Assembly (NCBI GenBank): GCA_945861645.1
Contig: CAMAVZ010000009.1
Location: 1-62,532, forward strand
Source of the DNA: Opitutus sp. GAS368
GTDB lineage: Bacteria > Verrucomicrobiota > Verrucomicrobiia > Opitutales > Opitutaceae
Length of the DNA stretch: 62,532 nucleotides
Reading direction: 5' to 3'
Position 1 is the stretch's first letter, and the number at the start of each line of letters is the position of its first letter. Below the pieces are notes generated by a model. That model had not been told where the DNA came from, searched no databases, and was given only the letters and a program-made list of their open reading frames with translations. A program made the position numbers and the translations under genes. This document shows positions 7,843 through 18,508 of this stretch, in pieces.

Positions 7843-10662
7843 TTAGCGTGGGGGGAATTCAAATTCTGCCTTGTCCTGTTTTTGCGAGAGGACGAGGTAG
7901 GCGCTGAATTTGTTGCCGCGCTTGGATACAAATCCCTCGATCAGTTCGCTGCGGCCGTCTTCGATGAGCTTGCGGATTTCATCGACGGGGATCTCGACGT
8001 CGCAAACTTTTCGGGCGCACTTAAACACCGCGCGGTTGTCCTGGCCGGGTTTGCGCACGTAGTAGGCGTCGTCAGTCATGACCAACTCACCGCCGTGCAC
8101 CTTGCTCTCGCCGATAATGGTTGCGCTGGAAAGGTCGAGCGGCACGCGAGCCTTGCGGGCGATGGGTTTGCCATCCTTGTCGAGCTTGGCCTTACGCGGC
8201 GGAAATTCCCAAGCCATTTTGGGGCCCTCGCGCTTTAAAAATGCATCAAAGGGCCGGCCTTTCTTGGAGATGAAGCCGGTAATGAGATCAGTCTTACCTT
8301 CAGCAACCATCTTGATCGCCTGCTCGGACGGGATCGACTTCTGGCACATAATGCGGCCAAGCCGGAAAGTCTGCTGCCACGCGGCGCCATCATGTTCGCG
8401 TAAGACATAGCTGCTGCCGCTCTCACACAATTCGGCCTTCGTGGCCGGATCAGTCCAGAACGGGATGAGGGTGGCGAGGTCAACCTTATCGCCGAAATCA
8501 AATTCCGTTTTCCACTTTTTCGTGACGACCTCCTGCTTGGTGGCCTTGTCCTTCTTGGTCTCTTCGACAAGCGCCAGCTTGATGACGGCGGAAAATCGAT
8601 TGCGGGTTTTGTTGGAGATGAAGCCATCGAGCGGACCAACCTGACGTTTTTCGACGAGCGCTTGGACTTCGGACTCCTCCATGCGCCGGCCGCCAATGAT
8701 TTTGTAAACCATGAGTTGGCCGTCGGCCGATTTGTAGCCGCGGAGCGTCTCACGCATGGGCTGGCCGTCGGTCGGGGAAATGATTTTGGTCACGCGCGAA
8801 GCGGAGTCATCTTCCTCAAAGCCCTTAACGCGTTCGACGATGCCTTTCGTCTCCTTAATAATTTCAGCCATGAACTGCTCGCGCGAAAATTTCCCGTGTT
8901 CCATCTGGCGAAGATTGAACTCCCACTCGCCGGTCATCGCGGGGCTGGTGATATCGGTAGCCTGCACGGCCTGTAAAAATTGCATCAGCTGCTCGGCCTT
9001 AGTGGTCGGCACCAACTCGCGCTGGGCGCGGTCCATGTATTTTTGATTAACCAAGCCCTCGATGGTATCTGCCCGGGTGGCGGGTGTGCCAAGACCCCGT
9101 TCTTTCATCGCGTCGGCGAGTTCGTCGTCGTCGACGAGCTTGCCCGCGCCTTCCATCGCGGAAAGGAGCGTGGCTTCAGTATAGCGTGGGGGGGGGCGGG
9201 TGCTTTCGGTGTGCAGGGTGGCGTCGAGCGTCTTCGCCTTGCTCTTGTCCTCGGGCGACATGGCGGGCAACGCCTTCGAATCCGGTGAATCGTCATCAAC
9301 CGTGGACTTACCGTAGACCGCCAGCCAGCCTGGCGAGGTCAGGACCTTGCCTTCGGTTTTGAAAGTGTGACCGCCCACGAAGCTGAGGCGCGTGGTGATA
9401 TCGAATTCCGCGACGGGGTGGAACGTGGCCACGAAGCGCCGCGCGATCATATCAAACAACTTGGCCTCCGCTTCATCGAGATGCTTGGCGGCGTGCTGGG
9501 TCGGGATAATCGCGAAGTGATCCGACACCAAGGCATTATTGAAAATGCGTTTATTCGGCTGCACCCAACCCGAATCGAGCACGCGTTGCGCGTGTACTTT
9601 GAGGTCGCCACCCAAATTACCGAGCGTCTCACGAACGAGCGGCATATAGTCCTCTGGCAGGGCGCGCGAATCGGTACGGGGGTAGGTGATCATCTTGTGC
9701 CGCTCATACAGCGACTGCGCAATCTGGAGCGTGCGCTTAGCCGGAAAACCGAAGCGACCGTTCGCTTCGCGTTGCAGCGTGGTGAGATCGTAAAGCTTGG
9801 GTGCAATCGAGGTGCTGGCTTTCTTCTCCTCGGACACCGCGGCCAGCGGCTGGCCCTGGCAGGCGGCGACGACTTGCTCCGCGGCCGCTTTCACCCAGAG
9901 GCGGTCGACGCGATCATGTTCATCGTCATTTTTCTTATAATCTGTGCGCTGGTAAATGCCTTCATAGGTACCCTTCGCGATCTCAAAATTGGCGGTGATG
10001 CGCCAGTAATCACGCGGCTTAAAATTCCGGATCTCTAATTCGCGGTTATAGACAATAGCGAGGGTGGGCGTCTGCACGCGGCCGACCGAGGCCACGTTGC
10101 CGGCGCGGGAGCCGAACATGCGTTTGGTCAGAGCACGAGTGCCATTGATGCCGATGAGCCAGTCACTTTCGCTGCGGCAGCGCGCAGCGTCAGCCAAACC
10201 CTGCATCTGCTTGGCCGGACGGAGGTGCTTGAAAGCTTCTTTGATACCCGCATCGGTCATCGAGGACATCCACAGGCGTTCGAAGGGTTTTTTGCACTTT
10301 GTCAGCTGGTAGATATAAGTAAAGATGAGTTCGCCCTCACGGCCCGCATCGCAGGCGTTGATCACGCTGGTCACATCTTTGCGGGCGAGCAGCTTCTTGA
10401 GTTGGTCAAAGCGGGTCTTCGATTCTTTGATCGGCATCAGCTGAAACTCTTCCGGAATGATCGGGAGAGTTTCCAACCGCCAGAAACCATATTTTTTCTT
10501 GTCGATATCCTCGGGCATTTGCAGGCCGACGAGATGACCCACGGCAGAAGAAATGACGTATTTATCATTTTCAAAATGATCACCTTGCTTGGGGATTTTA
10601 CCGAGGGCGCGAGCAAGATCAGCCGCGACGGAGGGTTTTTCAGCGATGATGAGACATTTCAT
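7843..10662 (-). CDS. topB: DNA topoisomerase III (type IA) with C-terminal repeats
   Basis: IIAEKPSVA, NACDAGREGELIF, SVGRVQTPTL, catalytic ITYPRTDS, GLGTPATR; C-terminal GFISKKGRPFDAFL / GFVSKRGNKFSAYL repeats. Confidence 0.93.
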   Translation of the reverse strand: MKCLIIAEKPSVAADLARALGKIPKQGDHFENDKYVISSAVGHLVGLQMPEDIDKKKYGFWRLETLPIIPEEFQLMPIKESKTRFDQLKKLLARKDVTSVINACDAGREGELIFTYIYQLTKCKKPFERLWMSSMTDAGIKEAFKHLRPAKQMQGLADAARCRSESDWLIGINGTRALTKRMFGSRAGNVASVGRVQTPTLAIVYNRELEIRNFKPRDYWRITANFEIAKGTYEGIYQRTDYKKNDDEHDRVDRLWVKAAAEQVVAACQGQPLAAVSEEKKASTSIAPKLYDLTTLQREANGRFGFPAKRTLQIAQSLYERHKMITYPRTDSRALPEDYMPLVRETLGNLGGDLKVHAQRVLDSGWVQPNKRIFNNALVSDHFAIIPTQHAAKHLDEAEAKLFDMIARRFVATFHPVAEFDITTRLSFVGGHTFKTEGKVLTSPGWLAVYGKSTVDDDSPDSKALPAMSPEDKSKAKTLDATLHTESTRPPPRYTEATLLSAMEGAGKLVDDDELADAMKERGLGTPATRADTIEGLVNQKYMDRAQRELVPTTKAEQLMQFLQAVQATDITSPAMTGEWEFNLRQMEHGKFSREQFMAEIIKETKGIVERVKGFEEDDSASRVTKIISPTDGQPMRETLRGYKSADGQLMVYKIIGGRRMEESEVQALVEKRQVGPLDGFISNKTRNRFSAVIKLALVEETKKDKATKQEVVTKKWKTEFDFGDKVDLATLIPFWTDPATKAELCESGSSYVLREHDGAAWQQTFRLGRIMCQKSIPSEQAIKMVAEGKTDLITGFISKKGRPFDAFLKREGPKMAWEFPPRKAKLDKDGKPIARKARVPLDLSSATIIGESKVHGGELVMTDDAYYVRKPGQDNRAVFKCARKVCDVEIPVDEIRKLIEDGRSELIEGFVSKRGNKFSAYLVLSQKQDKAEFEFPPR

Positions 10663-10816
10663 GTGGGGCCGAGCGGTTACGCTTCGTCCCCGACAATTTC
10701 AAGCACTACTTTTACGGACCCTCTTTATTACGAGCTGAAATAACCGCTAATTTACTCCAGAAAATCGAGCTTTTCAGTGCAAAAATATTCCAGCTAGATG
10801 CATCGAGCGCGGTAAA

Positions 10817-11911
10817 TTAGCCCAGCGCTTTGGTCGCCGCCAATTCCGCCAAGACTGCATCAAGGGCGGTGAGCAGTGCGGTCATCGTCTCGTCGGTCTC
10901 ATCCCCCATATTGGAAATACGGAAGGCGAGGCCCTTTAATTTACCATAGCCACCGTCGATGACGAAACCGTGTTTTGCTTTGAGCAATTTATTTAAAGCG
11001 CTGAGGTCGACCTTGAGCGTGTTAGCAAAGCAGTTCAGCGACACCGAGCCGTGGCCGGCGGCTGGAAAAAGGTGAAAGCCCTTGGCGAGAGCCCAAGTGC
11101 GCACCAATTGATTGAGCCGCGCATGGCGTGCATAGCGGACGGTCGCGCCTTCCGCCTTAATGTCGGCGAGTTTAGATCGGAGCGCGTAGATGAGGGAAAT
11201 TGCTGGGGTGCTCGGGGTCATCCCGTTTTCGTGGTTCTTCTGAAATTCAATGAAATCAAAATAATAACCACGGCCCGTGATGGTAGCCGCGCGAGTGAGA
11301 GCTCGTTGCGAAACCGAAAAAATTGATAACCCGGGTGGAAGCGCTAGGGCTTTTTGCGAACCAGTTATCATCACGTCGATGCCGAGTTCATCTTTCTTAA
11401 TCGGCAACGCGCTGAACGAGCTAATCGTGTCGATGATGCTGATGACCTCAGGGAACTCACGAATAACCGCCATGAGCGCGGGAAGATCGCTCATGCAACC
11501 GCAAGAGGTTTCATTATGAATCAGCGTAATCGCATCGTATTGCCCGGTCGCCAGCTCGACCCGAAGCGCGGCGGGATCGATGGGTTGGCCCCATTCAAAA
11601 CGGAGGCCGCTGGCGGCGAGACCGCAGCGCTGGGCGACATCGAGCCATTTGTCGGCGAAGGCTCCATTCATGCAGCACAGAACTTTTTTCTTCACGAGGT
11701 TGCGGAGGGATCCTTCCATGACGCCCCAAGCGCTGCTGGTGCTGAGATAAACGGCATCTTGTGTATAGAAAAGCGCTTGGAGGTCTGGCTGAATTGATTG
11801 ATAAAGTGCGACAAAGTCCGGACTACGGTGTCCGACCATGGGCTGCGTCATCGCGCGCAGGGTTTTTTCCGACACCGCAATCGGACCGGGAATGAAAAGT
11901 TTGTAGCTCAT
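10817..11911 (-). CDS. Class V PLP aminotransferase (alanine-glyoxylate / serine-pyruvate family)
   Basis: LFIPGP, GHRSPDF, HNETSCG, IDTISS, TGSQKALALPPG, FRISNMG. Confidence 0.9.
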   Translation of the reverse strand: MSYKLFIPGPIAVSEKTLRAMTQPMVGHRSPDFVALYQSIQPDLQALFYTQDAVYLSTSSAWGVMEGSLRNLVKKKVLCCMNGAFADKWLDVAQRCGLAASGLRFEWGQPIDPAALRVELATGQYDAITLIHNETSCGCMSDLPALMAVIREFPEVISIIDTISSFSALPIKKDELGIDVMITGSQKALALPPGLSIFSVSQRALTRAATITGRGYYFDFIEFQKNHENGMTPSTPAISLIYALRSKLADIKAEGATVRYARHARLNQLVRTWALAKGFHLFPAAGHGSVSLNCFANTLKVDLSALNKLLKAKHGFVIDGGYGKLKGLAFRISNMGDETDETMTALLTALDAVLAELAATKALG

Positions 11912-12002
11912 AGTAAATAGAAGCCAGAGTTGCATGTGGCAAAACCAGCCGCTAACAAAGACTCACAACCTTCCACTCCCTAGCGTCAAAGCCAATTTGT
12001 TC

Positions 12003-13202
12003 ATGCCCAATCGCTGGTTTCGTCATAAATTAGATGCGGGTGAGCAATTCGCCATCGATGTGATCATGGGGCGAAGTGAAGGCACGCGCGCCGCGCTCTT
12101 GGGCGTTGGTTTGCAGGGGTTGGCTTATGTTTTCAGCGGACTAGTCCAGTTACGTCTCTGGCTTTATCGTCAGCGAATTTTCCGTGATCAGCCGCTGGGC
12201 TGCCTGGTGCTTGTCGTGGGTAATTTAACTGTTGGGGGTACGGGTAAAACTCCCGTGGTCGAAATGTTTGCTAAGGCGCTTCGCGATCGCGGCCGCAAGG
12301 TAGCAATTCTCTCGCGCGGTTATAAAAGTAAGGCACCGCCGCTTTGGCAGAAATGGTGGTTTTGGCTCAATCATATCGCCGAGCCGCCGCCGCGGGTCGT
12401 CAGTGACGGCGTTAAAGTATGGTTGGATTCGGAGGTCGCCGGTGATGAGCCTTACATGCTGGCGAGAAATTTGCCGGGCGTGGTAGTCCTCGTAGATAAA
12501 AACCGTGTAAAAGCGGGCGCTTATGCGATCAAACAATTCGGCTGCGACACGCTCATTTTGGACGACGGGTTTCAGTATCTACCACTCAAAGGTCGGCTTA
12601 ATTTGCTGTTAATCGATAAGACTAATCCTTTCGGCAATGGCTTTACGCTACCCCGCGGAATCTTGCGTGAACCGATCAAGCACTTAGCCCGGGCCTCGTA
12701 TGTCTTGCTCACTAAATCAAAAGGCGTCCGCGATACCGAGCTGGAGGCGATGGTTCATAAATTTAATCCGGGGGTGGAAATCATTGAGTGCGCGCATCAA
12801 CCCCAATACCTGCAGCACATTGCTACCGGCGAGCGTTTGCCTTTGACTTCGCTGGCGGGCCGGAAAATCGGGGCCTTCAGCGGCATAGCCGCGCCCGAGG
12901 GCTTCGAGGCTTTTTTGCGTGAAGCCGGCGCTCAATTAGCCACCACCCGTCGTTTCGTCGACCACCACCGTTTTACACCCCAGGATCTGATAGACGTCTT
13001 TGCGGAAGCCCAAGCCGCGGGCGTTGAGTTAATGATCACCACGGAAAAAGATGCGGTGCGCATCAACGCGAACGAGAAAACTGCCATTCCCTGTTATTAT
13101 CTGCGCTTAGAAATTGATATTTTACGAGGGGCGGCGGATTTCCAGGAGGCGGTAAGTAAGATATGTTTCCCCCACGGTGAGACGTTCGGCCCTCGTCGCT
13201 AA
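12003..13202 (+). CDS. lpxK: Tetraacyldisaccharide 4'-kinase
   Basis: [45 protein letters not shown]. Confidence 0.95.
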   Translation: MPNRWFRHKLDAGEQFAIDVIMGRSEGTRAALLGVGLQGLAYVFSGLVQLRLWLYRQRIFRDQPLGCLVLVVGNLTVGGTGKTPVVEMFAKALRDRGRKVAILSRGYKSKAPPLWQKWWFWLNHIAEPPPRVVSDGVKVWLDSEVAGDEPYMLARNLPGVVVLVDKNRVKAGAYAIKQFGCDTLILDDGFQYLPLKGRLNLLLIDKTNPFGNGFTLPRGILREPIKHLARASYVLLTKSKGVRDTELEAMVHKFNPGVEIIECAHQPQYLQHIATGERLPLTSLAGRKIGAFSGIAAPEGFEAFLREAGAQLATTRRFVDHHRFTPQDLIDVFAEAQAAGVELMITTEKDAVRINANEKTAIPCYYLRLEIDILRGAADFQEAVSKICFPHGETFGPRR

Positions 13203-13291
13203 GCACTCCAAAATTTTTGGGGAGAAAAGTTTCGTCGCCGACGGGATATTTTTCGGATTGTACGTTTTCTCGCCGTCGCGAAAGTAGCGCG

Positions 13292-14410
13292 ATGAGTGAT
13301 CCCCGTTATACCCAACTCGCCGAGGTGTTGACCGGCTTTTCGACCACCTTGAAAAAAGGTGAGCGCGTCCTGATCGACGCATTCGATGTGCCTGATGCTT
13401 TTACCATCGCCCTCGTGCGCGCGGCCCGAAATTGCGGGGCCATGCCCTATGTCAATGTCCAGCGGGCTCGCATTACTCGTGAACTGTTGCAAGGCGCGAC
13501 GGCGGAACAATACGCGGTGACCGCCGAGATTGAACTCCGCCGGATGCAGCAAATGCAGGCTTACATCGCCGTGCGCGGCTCGGAAAATATTTTTGAAACC
13601 TCCGATGTTCCCGCGGCACGGGCGCAAACCGTGGCCAAGACGCTTAAGCCTGTTTTGGACTACCGCGTTAACAAAACCAAATGGGTGGTGCTCCGCTGGC
13701 CATCCTCCGCGATGGCCCAGCAGGCCGGCATAAGTACGGCCGCTTTTGAGGATTTTTATTTCCGGGTCTGCACCTTTGATTATAAACGCTATGGTCCGGG
13801 CATGAAGGTCCTCGCTGATTTAATGAGCAAGACGGACCGCGTCCACCTCAAGGGTCCCGGCACCGATTTAAGATTTTCCCTCAAGGGTATTGGGGCGGTC
13901 CCGTGCGGTGGTGAACGCAATATCCCCGATGGCGAGGTGTTTTCTTGTCCGATCAGGGATAGCGTCGAAGGCGTTATTCAATACAACGCCCCCACCGTTT
14001 ACCTCGGAACTTCATTCGACAGTATCCGGCTGGTATTCAAACACGGGAAAATCGTCGAGGCCACGAGTAACAATACAAAACGCCTCAACGAGATTCTCGA
14101 TACAGATGACGGCGCGCGCTACATTGGTGAATTCGCCATTGGCTTTAACCCGCACATTCTCGAGCCCATGCGCGACATTCTCTTCGACGAGAAAATCGCC
14201 GGCTCCTTCCATTTCACCCCTGGGCAAGCTTACGAACAGGCGGGGAATGGTAACAAATCAGCCGTCCACTGGGACATGGTAAATATTCAGCGCCCCGAGT
14301 ACGGCGGTGGGGAGATTTGGTTCGACGGGAAACTTATTCGTAAAGACGGTCTCTTTACGTTGCCGGCACTTAAGCAGCTAAATCCTGATCAACTCCTGAA
14401 AAAAGGGTAG
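13292..14410 (+). CDS. M29 family aminopeptidase (AmpS/PepS-like)
   Basis: [45 protein letters not shown]. Confidence 0.92.
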   Translation: MSDPRYTQLAEVLTGFSTTLKKGERVLIDAFDVPDAFTIALVRAARNCGAMPYVNVQRARITRELLQGATAEQYAVTAEIELRRMQQMQAYIAVRGSENIFETSDVPAARAQTVAKTLKPVLDYRVNKTKWVVLRWPSSAMAQQAGISTAAFEDFYFRVCTFDYKRYGPGMKVLADLMSKTDRVHLKGPGTDLRFSLKGIGAVPCGGERNIPDGEVFSCPIRDSVEGVIQYNAPTVYLGTSFDSIRLVFKHGKIVEATSNNTKRLNEILDTDDGARYIGEFAIGFNPHILEPMRDILFDEKIAGSFHFTPGQAYEQAGNGNKSAVHWDMVNIQRPEYGGGEIWFDGKLIRKDGLFTLPALKQLNPDQLLKKG

Positions 14411-14504
14411 GGATCCGGCCTACGCATCTTTTGATATTTTCTGGTTGAATCGGATACAATCACGCGGCGCTTGCTCGAAAATATTAATCGGCGCTTTTTC
14501 TTCC

Positions 14505-15497
14505 ATGCTCCCTGCTGCATCATTGTCCGCGTTTATTCAGGCACTGCCGAAGACCGAGACTCATCTCCACGTAGAGGGTGCGCTGCCCTATGAATTGTTG
14601 AGAAAATGGCAGCCGGATACCTACCAAGAATTTCCGGCATTTCGAGAACGCGGGTATCGCTACGAAAATTTTCCGGCTTTTGAAAAACAGCTTCTGGATC
14701 ATGCGCTGCCGTGGTTTATCAGCGCCGAGCGCTATTTTGAAGCAGCTCAGGTGATGTTCGCTCAGCATGTCGCGCAGAACGTTAAATACGTTGAGACAAG
14801 TTTTCACCTGCCGGTGACGCAGTTCATCAATATACTCGGTCAGGAAATTATTGCCGCGATCAAGTCCGCGGCCCCAGTTGGACTTGAGGTGCGCGTCTTT
14901 GCGGGCATGTTGCGCACGGATATTGCCGGGCCGCTGCGTACCACCATCGACGAACTTCATCGCTGGGATAATCTTGATGGAACCGACCTCCATGGCTTTG
15001 AAGGCCAGCCGACTGAACCTGATACCGCTAAAATCTGGGCGAAGCTACGCGCGGCCGGTAAAATAACGAAGTGTCATGCGGGTGAATTTGATGGTCCTGC
15101 CCGCGTGCGGGAAGCGATCGAGCAACTCGGGGTAACGCGGATCCAACATGGCATTCGCGCGAGTGAGGATCCTGAGGTCATGCGGCTGGCGGTCGATCGG
15201 GGCGTGACCTTTGACGTCTGTCCGATTAGCAATGTTGGCCTTAAAATTGTGCCCGATATGGCTCATCACCCCCTGCGTCAACTGACCACGGCGGGCATTC
15301 GCTGTACGCTCAGCACTGATGATCCGCTTTGCTTTGCAAATACGGTTAATGAGGAGTACTCAGCTATTTCCCATGGCCTCGGTTTTACGCGCAAGGAATT
15401 GGCGCGTTTCGCTCGCAATGGCTTTGAGGTTGCGAGTATGACCGCTGGGGCAAAACAGCCTTGGCTCGATCAACTTGACGTGATCCTGAACGGGTAG
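14505..15497 (+). CDS. Adenosine/adenine deaminase family protein
   Basis: [33 protein letters not shown]. Confidence 0.9.
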   Translation: MLPAASLSAFIQALPKTETHLHVEGALPYELLRKWQPDTYQEFPAFRERGYRYENFPAFEKQLLDHALPWFISAERYFEAAQVMFAQHVAQNVKYVETSFHLPVTQFINILGQEIIAAIKSAAPVGLEVRVFAGMLRTDIAGPLRTTIDELHRWDNLDGTDLHGFEGQPTEPDTAKIWAKLRAAGKITKCHAGEFDGPARVREAIEQLGVTRIQHGIRASEDPEVMRLAVDRGVTFDVCPISNVGLKIVPDMAHHPLRQLTTAGIRCTLSTDDPLCFANTVNEEYSAISHGLGFTRKELARFARNGFEVASMTAGAKQPWLDQLDVILNG

Positions 15498-15525
15498 GGC
15501 ATCCTGGCTCCGGCAGGAAGGCAGC

Positions 15526-16485
15526 TTGCAGGCGACCGATAGTCCTGCACCATCCGCTCACTTGGAACCCACCGTTTACATCGTTCCTGAATCTATTCGT
15601 CGCGAGCGCGCCGACAAAGTACTGGCGCAAGCCTTTCCTGAACATAGTCGCTCCGCCTTTCAGCGGGCGTTAGAGGCCGGTCGCGTCAAAGTTGATGGCC
15701 AGGTAATTGAGCAGAGTCAGGAGGTTAAAGCTGGACAGAGCATCGCGTGGTCATTTCCCGAAGTAGTCCAAGCGGAGATCCGCGGGGTAGACATCGCCCT
15801 CAAGATTATTTTTGAAGACCAGCACATGATCGTGCTCAACAAAGCCGCGGGCATGGTAGTCCATCCCGGAATTGGTACGGGCGAAGATACGATGGTGCAT
15901 GCGCTCCTCGCGCATTGCGCCGGTGGTTTGAGCGGCATCGGCGGCGTAGAACGCCCGGGTATCGTCCACCGCTTAGATAAGGAAACCTCCGGTCTGATCG
16001 TAGTCGCTAAAAACGATGCGGCGCACCGCGCCTTAGCTGATCAATTTGCCTCGCGCACGTTGCGCAAAGAATATGTCACGCTGGTAGCCGGAGTCCCTAA
16101 AAAAGATAGTGGCTGCATCGATCAAAGTATCAGTCGGCATCCCGTACATCGGCATCGCATGACCACCGGCGAAGGGGGTCGGCTGGCACGCACGGATTGG
16201 ACCGTAGAAAAAAAATTCGCGAATCAAGCGGCATTCATGCGCTGCCGTATTCACACTGGGCGCACGCATCAAATCCGAGTACACCTTAAGTCGCTGGGCT
16301 ATCCCGTGCTGGGTGATACTACTTATGGCTGGAAACAAAATCCCGCATTGCCCGTGCCGCCGCGGGTCATGCTCCATGCTGAACATTTGATTTTTGCTCA
16401 TCCTACCAGCGGCAAGGTTATGGATTTAACGGCGCCCCTGCCGGCCGATTTCAAGAAAATGCTGACCGCGCTGCGGAAACTATAA
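15526..16485 (+). CDS. rluD: RluA/RluD family pseudouridine synthase with S4 domain
   Basis: NKAAGMVVHP, RPGIVHRLDKETSG, TGRTHQIRVH; N-terminal S4 domain. Confidence 0.88.
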   Translation: MQATDSPAPSAHLEPTVYIVPESIRRERADKVLAQAFPEHSRSAFQRALEAGRVKVDGQVIEQSQEVKAGQSIAWSFPEVVQAEIRGVDIALKIIFEDQHMIVLNKAAGMVVHPGIGTGEDTMVHALLAHCAGGLSGIGGVERPGIVHRLDKETSGLIVVAKNDAAHRALADQFASRTLRKEYVTLVAGVPKKDSGCIDQSISRHPVHRHRMTTGEGGRLARTDWTVEKKFANQAAFMRCRIHTGRTHQIRVHLKSLGYPVLGDTTYGWKQNPALPVPPRVMLHAEHLIFAHPTSGKVMDLTAPLPADFKKMLTALRKL

Positions 16486-16517
16486 CCACCAGTTGAGGGG
16501 AAATGGCCCAGGGTGAT

Positions 16518-17453
16518 TTACAAGCCAGCCAGTGCTTCCGCGGCTAGCCCCCAGCGTAAATTGTGCAGTGAGTGGTGAAAGCAATCGAGGTGAGCGTAGT
16601 CGGCCACCGTCAGCATGGTGATCAAAGCGGCCGGGAAGACATCGGCGCGCGCCTTCGACATCCCGGGCAGGGCTTGGCGGGCCACGAGATTGAGTGGGCT
16701 GATTTCGTCGAGCAAGTCAGCGATCGTTTCAATGCCGATCAGCTTTGGGCTTTCCGCGAACGACAAATTATGCCGAGCGCCCTTCAAGGTGCGCACGGTG
16801 TGCATACTGCCGCCGGTAAAAATCGCGGGCGGAGCGACGAGGGGAAAACGAAAACTGCTACGCTTAAGTTCGTCGCGCACGTGTAAGGCTAACGCCGTCG
16901 TTTCGGCGATCACCAGAGGGGCCGCGGGCTCTTTAATAAAACGCTCCGTGAGCCGAACGCACCCGAGTTGGAGGCTCATGGCTTGCGTGATTTTGCGTTG
17001 GACAAAACGCAGGCACTCAAGGCTACCCCCGCCAAGATCAAAGAGATAAAAATCATTGAAAGCGGCAAAGGCCGAATCGCTGCTCAAACCGAGTCCAATC
17101 ATATTCGCTTCTTCCTCGCCGGTGAGCATGCGAATATCATGCCCGGTCTCGGCGGCAACGCGGGCCCGAAAATCTGCGCCGTTCGTGGCATCGCGCACTG
17201 CGCTTGTGGCGACAAGAATAATTTTAACGGGGGCGTACGGCGCCGCAGTGGCGAGCAATGCTTGAATAGCCGTAAGCCCACTGGCCATTCCTTCCGCACT
17301 GAGCCGAGGGACCGCCTGGCTGATACCTTGGCTGATCCGTGTTTCGATCGTCTGACTCTGCAGCGATTCAATTTCACCTGCTGGCCCTCGATTAGCGACG
17401 AGGAGCTTGAGCGAATTGCTCCCGATATCGATGATCGCGACAGCGGGAGCCAT
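16518..17453 (-). CDS. Ppx/GppA family phosphatase
   Basis: IDIGSNS, ATSAVRDATN, GEEEA, DLGGGSLE, LGCVRLTE, RADV. Confidence 0.92.
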   Translation of the reverse strand: MAPAVAIIDIGSNSLKLLVANRGPAGEIESLQSQTIETRISQGISQAVPRLSAEGMASGLTAIQALLATAAPYAPVKIILVATSAVRDATNGADFRARVAAETGHDIRMLTGEEEANMIGLGLSSDSAFAAFNDFYLFDLGGGSLECLRFVQRKITQAMSLQLGCVRLTERFIKEPAAPLVIAETTALALHVRDELKRSSFRFPLVAPPAIFTGGSMHTVRTLKGARHNLSFAESPKLIGIETIADLLDEISPLNLVARQALPGMSKARADVFPAALITMLTVADYAHLDCFHHSLHNLRWGLAAEALAGL

Positions 17454-17455
17454 GG

Positions 17456-18178
17456 CTAGAGCACGAAATCTTTCGGCGCAATGAGCACGACGAACTCACC
17501 TTTAAGGCTCAGCTTGAGCAGTTGCGCTACGACATCGCCCGCCGAACCGGTCAGAAAGGTTTCGTGAATTTTAGTGACCTCTTTCGCGATGCAGATCACC
17601 CGTTCAGCCCCGAGAGTATGGACGATCTCCGTGACAAATTTATCGATGCGGTGACAGCTTTCGTAGAGCGCGATGGTGTAATCAAAATCACGATGCCTTT
17701 CGAGAAAGGCCGTGCGGGCGGCGGTCTTGGGTGGCAGAAAGCCAGCGAACAAGAAGCCGTTGGTGGGCAAGCCAGCGGCGCTGAGGACTGCGATTACGGC
17801 ACTCGGGCCGGGAACTGGGACGACGGGCAACTGGCGGCGGCGACAAGCGCGAACGATTCTAAAACCTGGATCACTCAAGCCAGGCGTGCCCGCATCACTC
17901 ACGACAGCGACTGATTTTCCTTGGAGAATGAGTTCAACTAACTGCTCGGCCGCCTCGGTCTCGTTGTAATCGTGATAGGGTACCAATTCTCGATGCAACC
18001 CGAGTCGCGTTAGCATGGCGCCGGTGGTGCGGGTATCTTCGCAGGCCACGATATCAACGGCTCCAAGAATGGCGCGGGCGCGATCCGTGAGATCGCCCAG
18101 ATTGCCGATGGGGGTAGACACCACATAGAGGTGGCCGGGCAAGGGGGTGAACGAAGCGTTGGCGGTCGGCGTGATCAT
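17456..18178 (-). CDS. rsmI: 16S rRNA C1402 2'-O-methyltransferase
   Basis: LYVVSTPIGNLGD, CEDTR, SDAGTPGLSDPG, PGPSA, KEVTKIHE. Confidence 0.95.
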   Translation of the reverse strand: MITPTANASFTPLPGHLYVVSTPIGNLGDLTDRARAILGAVDIVACEDTRTTGAMLTRLGLHRELVPYHDYNETEAAEQLVELILQGKSVAVVSDAGTPGLSDPGFRIVRACRRRQLPVVPVPGPSAVIAVLSAAGLPTNGFLFAGFLPPKTAARTAFLERHRDFDYTIALYESCHRIDKFVTEIVHTLGAERVICIAKEVTKIHETFLTGSAGDVVAQLLKLSLKGEFVVLIAPKDFVL

Positions 18179-18214
18179 GACGTCGCCGAGAATGGCGCGA
18201 GGCCGGCAGGAACC

Positions 18215-18367
18215 TTACTTGCCCATCCCGGGAATACGGCCTTCCCAGTCGGCGGGACGGCTCCACGGAATTGAAGAATCCTGCTTGGGTGGCACACAAC
18301 CGGAAAGGGCGGCGAAGGCGAGGATCGCGAGCAATGAAACCAAAAGGGATTTTCTCAAGTTAGACAT
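18215..18367 (-). CDS. Small lipoprotein (50 aa)
   Basis: MSNLRKSLLVSLLAILAFAALSG-C: basic N-region, hydrophobic core and lipobox LSGC; sits co-directionally between pgi and rsmI. Confidence 0.75.
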   Translation of the reverse strand: MSNLRKSLLVSLLAILAFAALSGCVPPKQDSSIPWSRPADWEGRIPGMGK

Positions 18368-18508
18368 ACTAGGTTTAGATACGAAATTATCCCCACTCTG
18401 CAACTGTCCTTTCGAGCAAGCTGACGCCGCTGAATTGGGGCGCGGCAGGGTACGCGCGGCGAGGGGACAATAAAATTAATTACGCAATAGCGATGGAGTG
18501 AGTGAGCT

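Noticed and set aside
9188-9196. G9 homopolymer as a phase-variation tract
   Set aside because: In frame, encoding the conserved RPPPRY motif of topoisomerase III.
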